Shown in pieces: positions 1 through 8,682 of a DNA stretch of 32,000 nucleotides (its first letter is position 1; every line of letters begins with the position of its first letter). Source of the DNA: Fibrobacter succinogenes subsp. succinogenes S85 (lineage in GTDB: Bacteria > Fibrobacterota > Fibrobacteria > Fibrobacterales > Fibrobacteraceae); NCBI RefSeq assembly GCF_000146505.1, contig NC_017448.1, positions 720,001 to 752,000 of the forward strand, given 5' to 3'. The translations under genes were made by a program, and so were the position numbers. The notes under the pieces are model-generated. The model was given only the letters and a program-made list of their open reading frames with translations. It was not told where the DNA came from and searched no databases.

Positions 1-1074
1 GGATATGGTCCCAATTTTGCGGACCAGCTTATTCAGAATGCCTATAGCAAACTTTTTGAGGGCGATCCGATCGACGAGCGCATCTACTTTGAAGCGTCCG
101 ACGACATGGCATACATCATCGACATTGGGCACGACGACATCCGTTCTGAAGGCATGAGCTATGGCATGTTCATTGCCGCGCTGACCGACCACGAAGTCAC
201 GTTCGACAAGCTCTGGAACTTTTCCAAGCGTTTTGTCCGCAACAACGATGGTCCGCACAAAGGATATTTTTCATGGCAAGTCAACACGACCGACTTTTCC
301 ATGATGGACCCAGGCGCAGCTCCTGATAGCGAAGAATACTTTGCAGCAGCCCTCCTTATCGCCGCAAAGAGATTCAACCGCGAAGACCTCCTCAACGATG
401 CCAAAGAGCTCATCCATGATATCAAGTACAAACCGCAGAACGAACTTGTAGGCCCGATTATCGATCCGGAACGCAAGCTCATCAAGTTCTCCCCCGTTCT
501 CGGCAACGACTTTACCGACCCAAGTTACCACACAATGGCATTCTACCGCATGTTCGCCGAAGCAACAGGCGATGAATCCTGGCTTGAAGTCGCACAGGCG
601 AGCATTGAATTTTTGCAGAAGGCGGCCCACCCGGTCACCGGTCTTTGCGCTGACTATGCCGAATACGACGGCACACCAAAGGCCATGCCTTGGTTCCCCG
701 AAAGCAACAACTTTAGCGGAGACGCATGGCGCGTTGCGCTCAACTTGAGCCTCGACTATGCCATCTTCCACGGACACGAAAGCGAAAAAGAAATCTGCGA
801 ACGCATCTTGCACTTCTTCCAGAACTGCACACCGTACCTCTCCGACTACTCCGTCGACGGAGGTCCGTATCCGCATCAAGGCAGAAACGCGACGCCAGGG
901 CTTATCGCCATGAACGCAGCAGCCACGCAAGTGCTCCCGGTCGATGACCCGCGCATTACGCCGTTTGTCAGGCGCCTTGCAGCGCTCTCCGTGCCCTATC
1001 GTTTTTGGCGCTACTATGACGGGATGTTGTACTTAATCGGATTACTCGCCACCGCGGGAAAAATCACACTCTAA
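1..1074 (+). CDS. Glycoside hydrolase family 8, 5' end cut by window edge
   Basis: Frame 1 is open from nt 1 (GYGPNFADQL...) into the listed ORF. DIRSEGMSYGMF matches the GH8 catalytic-acid region. Stop at 1072-1074. Confidence 0.75.
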   Translation, partial: GYGPNFADQLIQNAYSKLFEGDPIDERIYFEASDDMAYIIDIGHDDIRSEGMSYGMFIAALTDHEVTFDKLWNFSKRFVRNNDGPHKGYFSWQVNTTDFSMMDPGAAPDSEEYFAAALLIAAKRFNREDLLNDAKELIHDIKYKPQNELVGPIIDPERKLIKFSPVLGNDFTDPSYHTMAFYRMFAEATGDESWLEVAQASIEFLQKAAHPVTGLCADYAEYDGTPKAMPWFPESNNFSGDAWRVALNLSLDYAIFHGHESEKEICERILHFFQNCTPYLSDYSVDGGPYPHQGRNATPGLIAMNAAATQVLPVDDPRITPFVRRLAALSVPYRFWRYYDGMLYLIGLLATAGKITL

Positions 1075-1084
1075 GGAGGATCGT

Positions 1085-1999
1085 ATGAAACTACCTGCCA
1101 TCTTATTCATTGCGGCAAGCTCTATTGCTTTTACCGCCTGCGACGATGTTCGTGTTGAAAAATACCCAAACGGGAACGTCCGCTTCGAAGCCACCTACGT
1201 CAACGACAAGAAGGAAGGCATCGAAAAGGAATACTACGATGACGGTACGCTCAAGCGAGAATCCAATTACGTGAATGACCGCCGAGAAGGTGTGACCAAG
1301 GAATACTACAAAGACGGCACACTCCAATCTGAACTCCCGTACGTGAACGGCTACGTCGAAGGAACTGTTATCCGTTACCACAAGAACGGCAAGGTTGCAA
1401 CAAAGGCTGAATACAAGCAAAATAAGCAAGTTGCCTTCGGCGAAACATACAACGAAGACGGAACCCCCGCCACAAGCGGAAGCTACAAGGATCCGCGTGA
1501 CGGCATCTCCTATGAATGGATTGTCATTGGCGACCAGCTCTGGACTGCAGAAAACATGAACTTCGCTACCGCTTCCGGTGCAATTTGTTCACAATGCAAC
1601 CACTGGGGACGCCTCTACGACTTCCAAAACGCACAAAAAGCTTGCCTCGAAGGATTCCATATGCCGAGCAAGGCCGAATGGCAAAAGCTCCTGAAAGTCG
1701 CCGGTAAAAAGCCGGGTGTCGCTCTCAAGGCTGGCTACGGCTGGGATCCAATCAAGCCGGAATCCCCGATTTTCGGAAACGGCAAGGATGAACTCGGATT
1801 TGGCGCAAAGGCTGGCGGCGCACACTTTGCCAAGAGCGATGTCGCTATAAAGGACCGCAAGTTTGATGAAGCCGGTAAAAAGGCATACTTCTGGACAAGA
1901 GAAGGAGACGTCCTCGTATTCTTCCACGACAAGGATATCGCCAAATTCGAAAAGTTCAATCCCGAATTCGGCGCAAGCCTCCGCTGCTTGAAAGACTAA
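1085..1999 (+). CDS. Lipoprotein with MORN-variant (YwqK-like) repeats and a C-terminal FISUMP domain
   Basis: Signal peptide with lipobox (IAFTAC). Repeated YxNGxxEGxxKEYYxDGTL units. C-terminal pattern IGDQLWTAENMN...GRLYDF...GFHMPSKAEWQKL...YFWT...SLRCLKD typical of the Fibrobacter major paralogous domain. GGAGGA RBS at 1075-1080. Confidence 0.8.
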   Translation: MKLPAILFIAASSIAFTACDDVRVEKYPNGNVRFEATYVNDKKEGIEKEYYDDGTLKRESNYVNDRREGVTKEYYKDGTLQSELPYVNGYVEGTVIRYHKNGKVATKAEYKQNKQVAFGETYNEDGTPATSGSYKDPRDGISYEWIVIGDQLWTAENMNFATASGAICSQCNHWGRLYDFQNAQKACLEGFHMPSKAEWQKLLKVAGKKPGVALKAGYGWDPIKPESPIFGNGKDELGFGAKAGGAHFAKSDVAIKDRKFDEAGKKAYFWTREGDVLVFFHDKDIAKFEKFNPEFGASLRCLKD

Positions 2000-2004
2000 C
2001 AGAG

Positions 2005-2037
2005 TCATCCTGACGCTGAAAGCGGAAGACAACCTCA
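2005..2037 (+). repeat. GTCATCCTGA-headed hairpin element (degenerate copy)
   Basis: gtcatcctgacgctgaaagcggaagacaacctc shares head, central hairpin and purine-rich tail with the copies at 4336-4367, 25204-25231 and 27323-27350. Confidence 0.4.
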
Positions 2038-2124
2038 AAAGGCGAGTGTTGCAGCCATGCTTGCATGGATATAACCGAGCCTAAGAGGTTGGGGCTTGCC
2101 CCATCCAATCAAATTTTATACAGC

Positions 2125-2156
2125 AAAACTCCTCGTCACAACCGAGGAGTTTTTTA
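2125..2156. terminator. Bidirectional intrinsic terminator between convergent genes
   Basis: aaaACTCCTCG-tcacaac-CGAGGAGTttttt: 8-bp perfect stem with an A-run on one side and a T-run on the other. Confidence 0.8.
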
Positions 2157-2174
2157 CTTTTCAAATTTATCCGC

Positions 2175-3353
2175 CTAGTCTAACGAGGCATGCGCAGCAA
2201 TCGTGTAAATCGCAGTCACGTCCTTAGCCTTGAGCGGCACAAAGCCCCAACCATCGCCTGGATTCAGTTTTTCGACAAGCGTCGGGATATCTTCTTCTTT
2301 CGCGCCGAGTTCTGCAAAGTTGATAGGCATACCGATAGAATGCAGGAATCTTCGGAAAGCCTTGATACCTTCGAGCGCAGTAGCTTTCGGATTTTCGAAA
2401 TTCATTTGGCAACCAAAAACGCGTGTTGCCATCTGCGCAAAACGCATCACGTTATGGTCGACCACGTATTCCATCCACGCCGGCATAATAACTGCTAGCC
2501 CCGCGCCATGGGCGCAGTCATAGAGTCCCGAGAGTTCATGTTCAATAGCGTGACTGTTCCAGTCCTGACTGCGCCCACAGCCCACAAGGCCATTGTGGGC
2601 TACCGTACCCGCCCACATAATATTCGCACGAGCCTCGTAATTGGCGGGTTCGGCCATGGCGCGCGGACCTTCCTTGAGTATCGTGATGAGCAGCGCTTCG
2701 CAAAGGCGGTCAGTAGTCTCGACTTCCAAAGTGTTCGTGAAGTAGCGTTCAAACACATGAGCCATGATGTCGGTAATGCCGCAAGCAGTCTGGTAAGCCG
2801 GTAGCGTGCAAAGCAAAGCCGGATTCTGCACCGCAAATCTCGGGCGAATCACATCAGCACCAATGTCGCGCTTGAGCATTCCCTCTTCTTTTGTTACAAC
2901 AGAATCGCCACTGCCTTCGGAACCAGCGGCAGCAATCGTCTGCACCACGCCAATTGGGAGTGCCTTCGTGACCGGCAACTTTTTCGCATAAAAGTCCCAG
3001 AAATCGCCATCGTAGAGCGCGCCCACAGCAATGCCCTTAGAGCTATCAATGACGGAGCCTCCGCCCACAGCAAGGATGAAATCGACACCGTTCGCACGCA
3101 CCATCTCGATACCCTTGTAAATCAAGGTATCGCGCGGGTTCGGCTTCACGCCACCGAGTTCCACAAATGAAACGCCCGCAGCATTGAGCGACGCCTTAAC
3201 GCGGTCAATCAAGCCGGAGCGCACCGCAGAGCCCCCACCGTAATGAATCAGCACCTTCGTGCCGCCATACTTTTTAACGAGTTCACCGCATTCGTTTTCG
3301 CGGTCTTTACCAAATACAAATTCCGTGGGGCTGTAGAAATTAAAATTGTCCAT
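2175..3353 (-). CDS. Iron-containing (group III) alcohol dehydrogenase, butanol dehydrogenase/YqhD-like
   Basis: 392 aa. GGGSVIDSSK nucleotide-binding motif, His-rich metal site HAIEHELSGLYDCAHGAGLA, AAGGATGG RBS before the ATG. Confidence 0.85.
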   Translation of the reverse strand: MDNFNFYSPTEFVFGKDRENECGELVKKYGGTKVLIHYGGGSAVRSGLIDRVKASLNAAGVSFVELGGVKPNPRDTLIYKGIEMVRANGVDFILAVGGGSVIDSSKGIAVGALYDGDFWDFYAKKLPVTKALPIGVVQTIAAAGSEGSGDSVVTKEEGMLKRDIGADVIRPRFAVQNPALLCTLPAYQTACGITDIMAHVFERYFTNTLEVETTDRLCEALLITILKEGPRAMAEPANYEARANIMWAGTVAHNGLVGCGRSQDWNSHAIEHELSGLYDCAHGAGLAVIMPAWMEYVVDHNVMRFAQMATRVFGCQMNFENPKATALEGIKAFRRFLHSIGMPINFAELGAKEEDIPTLVEKLNPGDGWGFVPLKAKDVTAIYTIAAHASLD

Positions 3354-3445
3354 ATTCCATCCTTGTGTTTCAATTAAAAATACAAGAAAATCCCACCCAG
3401 CGGCAGGATTTTACCAAATTTTCTGTTCTCTAGAGGAAACATCTA

Positions 3446-4195
3446 CTAAAATTTAAGCGAAACACCTACACACGGAACAATCTGAAACCCAGAAAAGACA
3501 TGATTGAGTTTATAATCAATTGTTTCAAAATTATCGTTGCGATAATTAAATTCATTCGTTCTATTTCCAAAACCGAACAAATTCACAACCACATCTACAC
3601 CCGCATTAATTCCTAGCTTTTCTGTAATTCGATACCCCAAAACAATATCGCCACCAACAACAAAATTAAACAGCAACGTTGAATATTCTTCAGTGAAATC
3701 CTCCATCTGATAAGATTTCCCCAAGTATTTCATGTCACCACCCAAAATAGCATGTACCGCTAATATGAAATCATTTACAAACGGAGCATAGCCCAATCCA
3801 ACTTTTGCATTCAAATCAAAACGAGAATCAATCTGATTCATATGGTCATACGGATCAAAATAAGAATATTTTTTGGATTCATTCACAGGGAAATTAATAA
3901 AACCAATTCCTGCTCCGACCTCAAAAGACAAACCATTTTGATAAACCAAATCACGAGTCCACTTCAATTGAAGCCCCATGATCATATCCATTTTGAAATC
4001 ACGATCACGAGAAAAGCTGCCATCATCGTATTCTAAATTGCTATACTGGGTCCACGTTCCGCCCCAATCCATCGGAAGCGCAATACTAAATGTATGGAAA
4101 ACAATATTTTTCTTCTGTATTCCTTCACTCTGAGCAAAAGACGTTAAAGCCAAGAGCATCACGGCAACAAGCGCAATTTTTACCAATTTGGACAT
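3446..4195 (-). CDS. Outer-membrane beta-barrel protein (hypothetical)
   Basis: Signal peptide MSKLVKIALVAVMLLALTSFAQS, alternating beta-strand pattern rich in G/Y/N, C-terminal ...GVSLKF (terminal Phe beta-signal). Start chosen at the ATG preceded by GGAGAATGGA. The ORF could start at 4207 or 4210. Confidence 0.55.
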   Translation of the reverse strand: MSKLVKIALVAVMLLALTSFAQSEGIQKKNIVFHTFSIALPMDWGGTWTQYSNLEYDDGSFSRDRDFKMDMIMGLQLKWTRDLVYQNGLSFEVGAGIGFINFPVNESKKYSYFDPYDHMNQIDSRFDLNAKVGLGYAPFVNDFILAVHAILGGDMKYLGKSYQMEDFTEEYSTLLFNFVVGGDIVLGYRITEKLGINAGVDVVVNLFGFGNRTNEFNYRNDNFETIDYKLNHVFSGFQIVPCVGVSLKF

Positions 4196-4335
4196 TCCAT
4201 TCTCCATCAAAATTTATACGAAAAGATAGATAAAATATAACCAAAAACATCTTTGGATTCTTTGAAATCAAAGAATTCTCTGAATGACGAAAAAAAACTT
4301 CCCGGAGCATACCCGAGAAGTTTTAAACAATCACT

Positions 4336-4367
4336 GGATCCTTCCCCCCTTTGGGGCTCAGGATGAC
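4336..4367 (-). repeat. GTCATCCTGA-headed hairpin element
   Basis: Minus strand reads GTCATCCTGAGCCCCAAAGGGGGGAAGGATCC (TCCT/AGGA and CCCC/GGGG stems), downstream of argJ. Confidence 0.45.
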
Positions 4368-4402
4368 AACTCCAATGACCAATGACTATTGACCAATAAC
4401 TA

Positions 4403-5620
4403 CTAAGTTGTATACTCTGCGTTGATTTTCACATAGCCATAGCTCAAGTCGCAAGTGAATGCGCTTGCAGAAGCCTGACCAATGTTCAACACGAGCGTTA
4501 CTTTGTATTCACGCTGACGAACCACGGCATGCAGTGCAGCCGTCTGCTTTTCATCCAGCTGTACCGGACGGCCACCTTCGAGAACCTTAACTTCACCAAA
4601 GTAGAGGTCCGTGTGTTCGGCAACCATGTTGCAGCCGCTAGAACCAGCACTGCTGAGGATACGGCCCCAGTTCGGGTCTTCACCGAACATAGCGCACTTG
4701 GCGAGGTTCGAGGTTCCGATGAATCGAGCCATGCGGAGTGCTTCTTCGTGGCTTTCAGCCTTTTCAATGCGGAGTTCGATGAGCTTCGTTGCACCTTCAC
4801 CATCGCGGACAATGTCCTTGGCGAGGCTCTGCATCACGAGCGTCAAAGCTGCGCGGAATTCGCCCTGTTCGCTGAGGGAGAGGTCTTCGTACTTGATGCC
4901 GCTCATGCCGTTAGCAAGCATGATGCAAGTGTCGTTCGTACTGGTGTCACCATCAACCGTAATAGCGTTGAAGGAGTCTGCAATGTTGGCGCGGAATTCA
5001 GCAAAGAAGTCAATCGGCAAAGCAAGGTCAGTCGTGATGAAAGCAAGCATCGTAGCCATGTTCGGGTGGATCATGCCAGAACCCTTGCAGGCGCCACCGA
5101 TAGTCACCACACCCTTTTCTGTCTTGATTTCCACAGCGTGGCTCTTGAGAGCAAGGTCCGTCGTGAGGATAGCACGGCCGAATTCTTCGGAAGCATCTTC
5201 ATGGAGCTTTTCCACGAGCTTCGGGATACCGGCTTCGATCTTGTCCATCGGCATCAAGTGGCCAATCACGCCCGTGCTGCAAACAAGCACGCTCTTCGGC
5301 GTGAGCTTGAGAGCTTCTTCGGTAAGCACAGCCATGCGTTCAGCATCGGCATAGCCCTTTTCGCCTGTGCAAGCGTTAGCGTTACCGCTGTTCACGATCA
5401 CAGCAGATGCAAAGTGGGCATGTTCCAAAGCGGCCTTGTCATAAAGGACCGGGGCAGCCTTCACCTTATTGGTGGTAAAAACAGCGAAGCAGCGGGCAGC
5501 CTTTTCGCTCTTGAGAAGAGCCATATCGGCATTGCCGCTGGCCTTGATTCCGGCGCAAATTCCAGATGCGGTAAAGCCCTTGGGGGAGCAAACGCCGCCT
5601 TTTTCCAACACAGTGTACAT
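4403..5620 (-). CDS. argJ: Bifunctional ornithine acetyltransferase / N-acetylglutamate synthase
   Basis: ArgJ family pattern including the autoprocessing site HPNMATMLAFITTD. Start set at MYTVLEKGG with AGGAGA RBS (5624-5629), not the longer ORF start at 5665. Confidence 0.9.
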   Translation of the reverse strand: MYTVLEKGGVCSPKGFTASGICAGIKASGNADMALLKSEKAARCFAVFTTNKVKAAPVLYDKAALEHAHFASAVIVNSGNANACTGEKGYADAERMAVLTEEALKLTPKSVLVCSTGVIGHLMPMDKIEAGIPKLVEKLHEDASEEFGRAILTTDLALKSHAVEIKTEKGVVTIGGACKGSGMIHPNMATMLAFITTDLALPIDFFAEFRANIADSFNAITVDGDTSTNDTCIMLANGMSGIKYEDLSLSEQGEFRAALTLVMQSLAKDIVRDGEGATKLIELRIEKAESHEEALRMARFIGTSNLAKCAMFGEDPNWGRILSSAGSSGCNMVAEHTDLYFGEVKVLEGGRPVQLDEKQTAALHAVVRQREYKVTLVLNIGQASASAFTCDLSYGYVKINAEYTT

Positions 5621-5643
5621 AGTATCTCCTAAAAAGAAGCTTT

Positions 5644-5667
5644 CTTTGCGATTCTGGGCTCGCAAAG
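5644..5667. promoter_or_regulatory. Perfect 8-bp inverted repeat in the argJ/greA divergent intergenic region
   Basis: CTTTGCGA-ttctgggc-TCGCAAAG. Confidence 0.3.
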
Positions 5668-5694
5668 CCCGTTAAAATTTTTACCTTATGGAGC

Positions 5695-6162
5695 ATGGAA
5701 AAGATCATGTTTACACAAGAGGCTTACGACAAGCTCGTTAAGGACCTTGAAAATTTAAAAAATGTTGAACGTCCCCGCGTACTTCAAGAATTAGTTGATG
5801 CCCGTGCACAAGGCGATTTGAGTGAAAACGCTGAATACCATGCTGCCAAGGAGCGCCTTGCCTCTATTGACAACATCGAAATGCCGAAGCTCCAGGACCA
5901 GCTCGCCCGCGCCCAGGTGATTGCATTTGATGCGAACTCCGACACCATCAAGTTCGGCGCCACCATCACGGCCAAGAACCTGAAGACCAAGCGCGAAATC
6001 GTCTACCAGCTCGTCTCTCCCGAAGAAGCCGACGCCCTCAACGGCAAGATCAGCTTCAAGAGCCCGATTGGCGCAGCTCTCATGGGCAAGAAGCGCGGCG
6101 ATACGGTCGAAGTCGTAACGCCCAAGGGCAAGAACCAGTTCGAAATCATCGATTTCAAGTAA
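5695..6162 (+). CDS. greA: Transcription elongation factor GreA
   Basis: 155 aa. N-terminal coiled-coil with LSENAEYHAAKE motif and a C-terminal FKBP-like domain (SPIGAALMGKKRGD). Start could be the ATG at 5707. Confidence 0.9.
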   Translation: MEKIMFTQEAYDKLVKDLENLKNVERPRVLQELVDARAQGDLSENAEYHAAKERLASIDNIEMPKLQDQLARAQVIAFDANSDTIKFGATITAKNLKTKREIVYQLVSPEEADALNGKISFKSPIGAALMGKKRGDTVEVVTPKGKNQFEIIDFK

Positions 6163-6165
6163 TCC

Positions 6166-7134
6166 ATGTTCGTAACGCTCATCGGCAAAGACCAGTTCAG
6201 CAAGGACAAGCGGATTGAAAAATTCCTGTCCGAGACTCTTGGCGACCGGATTTCAGATCCGATGGCTAAGCAGGTGCTATACGCCACCGACACAAACATC
6301 GCTTCCATCTCCGATGTCATCATCGAAGCGTGCGATTCCGTGTCGATGTTCTCGCCTGAACAGGTCATCGTCGTACGCAAGGCCGAAGCTCTCAAGACCG
6401 ACGACATGAAGGCTCTTGCCAAGTGGCTCCCCCACGCAGCAAGCGGCAAGTTGCTCTTCGATTTTGAAACACTTCTCGCCTCCAGCGAGCTCTACAAAGC
6501 TCTCGCAAAGGTTGGCAAGGTCGAAAAGTTCGACGTTCCGAAACAATACGAAATGGCCGAATGGATTTCAGCCGTCGTCCCGACGCACTTCAACAAAGCG
6601 ATTGAGCCTACGGCATCGCAGTACCTCGCCGAAGCGCTCGGCAACGACACCAAGCTCGTGAGCGAAGAAGTCGAGAAAATCATCCTCTACGCTCCGGACT
6701 GCAAAAAGATTACGCTCGACCTCGTGAAAACGATGGTCGTCTCCCAGCGCGATATCCCGACCTACGAGATTGAAGGATTCTTTGGCATGCAGAATGCCAA
6801 GGCATACGTCCAGAAGCTAAACGAGCTCTTGAACAGCGGCGTCGACGCCATCCGCATTTCGAACACGCTGTACAACTACGCGCTCTCGCTTTTGAACTAC
6901 GGCTCGCTTACCGCAAAGGGCGTCTCGCCCGAAGAAGCCGCTAAAAAAATCGGCAAGAACTACTACATGTTCGTGAAAAAAGGCCAAGCCGCCGAATGCT
7001 GCCGCCGTTGGCGTAAGCCGCTCCTCGTGCGTGTGTTGCGCCGCCTCGCCGACCTCAATTACGAAATCAAGAGTGGCAAGTGCCCGACCCGCATGAGCCA
7101 GGAACTCGCCCTCGCCGCGCTCGTCGTGCGATAA
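6166..7134 (+). CDS. holA: DNA polymerase III delta subunit-like
   Basis: 322 aa. Size and layout fit a clamp-loader delta (N-terminal LIGKD..., helical C-terminal domain ending ADLNYEIKSGK...LALAALV). Called from pattern only. Confidence 0.55.
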   Translation: MFVTLIGKDQFSKDKRIEKFLSETLGDRISDPMAKQVLYATDTNIASISDVIIEACDSVSMFSPEQVIVVRKAEALKTDDMKALAKWLPHAASGKLLFDFETLLASSELYKALAKVGKVEKFDVPKQYEMAEWISAVVPTHFNKAIEPTASQYLAEALGNDTKLVSEEVEKIILYAPDCKKITLDLVKTMVVSQRDIPTYEIEGFFGMQNAKAYVQKLNELLNSGVDAIRISNTLYNYALSLLNYGSLTAKGVSPEEAAKKIGKNYYMFVKKGQAAECCRRWRKPLLVRVLRRLADLNYEIKSGKCPTRMSQELALAALVVR

Positions 7135-7148
7135 TTAGAATACAGAAC

Positions 7149-7180
7149 GTCTCTCGCGACTACAGACGAGAGACGAAAGA
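7149..7180. repeat. AGACGA(A/G)AGACGAAAGA-type 3'-end repeat
   Basis: GTCTCTCG-cgactaca-gaCGAGAGACgaaaga immediately after the holA stop. Related to 17541-17645 and 28322-28349. Confidence 0.5.
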
Positions 7181-7184
7181 AAAA

Positions 7185-7207
7185 GCCCTGGCAGAGCCAG
7201 GGTTTTC
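7185..7207. terminator. Bidirectional terminator between holA and pilQ
   Basis: aaaaaGCCCTGGC-aga-GCCAGGGtttt. Confidence 0.8.
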
Positions 7208-7218
7208 GCATTTACTAA

Positions 7219-8682
7219 TTACTGATTCCAGTCGTCGTGAGAGTTTTCCGGAACAGGAGCATCCGGAGTTTCACCCGTCACCACCGGAGATGTCATAATC
7301 TTGTCATCAACCGGCTTGAGTTCCGGAGCTGCGCCATTAATTTCCTCAGACTTTTCAGAAATATCGACGTTACCGATGTAGTTACGGATAATACGCGGCG
7401 TCACAAAAATCACAAGGTCCTTCTTCGTGATGGACTTGCGGCTATACTTGAAGAGGTTACCCAAGAGCGGAATGTCCTTGAGGAACGGGATACCGCTTTC
7501 GCTTTCGGTATTTTCGTTACGGGTAAGACCACCAATCACGACCGTTTCACCGTCAGCCACAACCACCTTGGTCTTTGCTTCCTGGGTCGAAATCACGACT
7601 TCGCCCTTTTCGTCATAGCCATAAGAGTTGTTTTCCGGATGGAGGTCGAGCAAGATGCGGTTGTCGCCAGAAACATGCGGAGTCACCGTGAGCTTGATAC
7701 CCGTTTCCACCATCTTGGTCGAAGATTCACCGCTATCGTCAATCACGCGGATGGAGACCTTGTCACCCATGAACACCTGAGCTTCGGTATTGTCAAGCGT
7801 AGAAACCTGCGGAGAAGCAAGCACTTCCGTAGAAGCGTCACCCATCAAGTTCGAAATGGCAATCTGGAGGTTGTTGTCGAGGAGGCTTGCCGTAATGGCG
7901 GTATTAGCCTTGCCCACTGCCGGAGACGTTCCGTTCGGGAAGGACTGAATGACGCCGCTGATTCGGCTAGAGCCAGCCGTTGCACCCGTTGCTGCGGCAG
8001 CAGTACCCGGCGTAAGCGTAGAAGAACCCAAAGCAGCAGTCCAGTCCACACCGAGTTCACGAGCGAGTTCGCTGTTCACGACCACGAGCTTTGCCGTAAT
8101 CATAATCTGGAGCGTTTCAACGTCAAGTTCGACAAGCGCATTGCCCATCTGCTCAATCTTGCTTTCTGTATCGTAAACAATGATGGAGTTCGTGCGTTCC
8201 ACGACAGAAATCTTGCCGCGGTTTGACTTCATGCTTTCGAGCACCTTGACGAGTTCATCAGCCTTGGCATGATGTACCTGGAAGTTCTTACGAACAAGAG
8301 GAGCATTCTGTTCAGCCTGATTTTCTTCATCGGCAAGCTTTTTCTGCTTGGCCTGGTAAGTGCTCAAGCGCTGGATGGAAATGTACTTGTCCTGAATTAC
8401 CCACGTGAGGTCATTCATGTTACAAATAATATCCAAAGTTTCTTGCCATGTCTTCTTGGTCACACGCAAGCTGATCTTGCCCTTGACATCAGGAGCAATC
8501 AAAATGTCCACGCCTGCAATCACCGACACAGAGCGGAAAATGGCTTCGTAGTCCATATTGACGAAGTTAAAGTCATATAGCTTCTTATTCGGAGCAACCG
8601 AGCCTTCGGCAGGTGCAGCCCACGCGGTAGCAAAGCTTGCCACCATGATAAGAATCGTCAGAATTTTAGTCAGCTTTTTCAC
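7219..8682 (-). CDS. pilQ: Type IV pilus secretin PilQ
   Basis: Signal peptide. Secretin C-domain (VVIGGL...ESGIPFLKDIPLLGNLFKYSRKSITKKDLVIFVTPRII). GTG start overlaps the upstream stop (GTGA). Confidence 0.85.
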   Translation of the reverse strand: MKKLTKILTILIMVASFATAWAAPAEGSVAPNKKLYDFNFVNMDYEAIFRSVSVIAGVDILIAPDVKGKISLRVTKKTWQETLDIICNMNDLTWVIQDKYISIQRLSTYQAKQKKLADEENQAEQNAPLVRKNFQVHHAKADELVKVLESMKSNRGKISVVERTNSIIVYDTESKIEQMGNALVELDVETLQIMITAKLVVVNSELARELGVDWTAALGSSTLTPGTAAAATGATAGSSRISGVIQSFPNGTSPAVGKANTAITASLLDNNLQIAISNLMGDASTEVLASPQVSTLDNTEAQVFMGDKVSIRVIDDSGESSTKMVETGIKLTVTPHVSGDNRILLDLHPENNSYGYDEKGEVVISTQEAKTKVVVADGETVVIGGLTRNENTESESGIPFLKDIPLLGNLFKYSRKSITKKDLVIFVTPRIIRNYIGNVDISEKSEEINGAAPELKPVDDKIMTSPVVTGETPDAPVPENSHDDWNQ

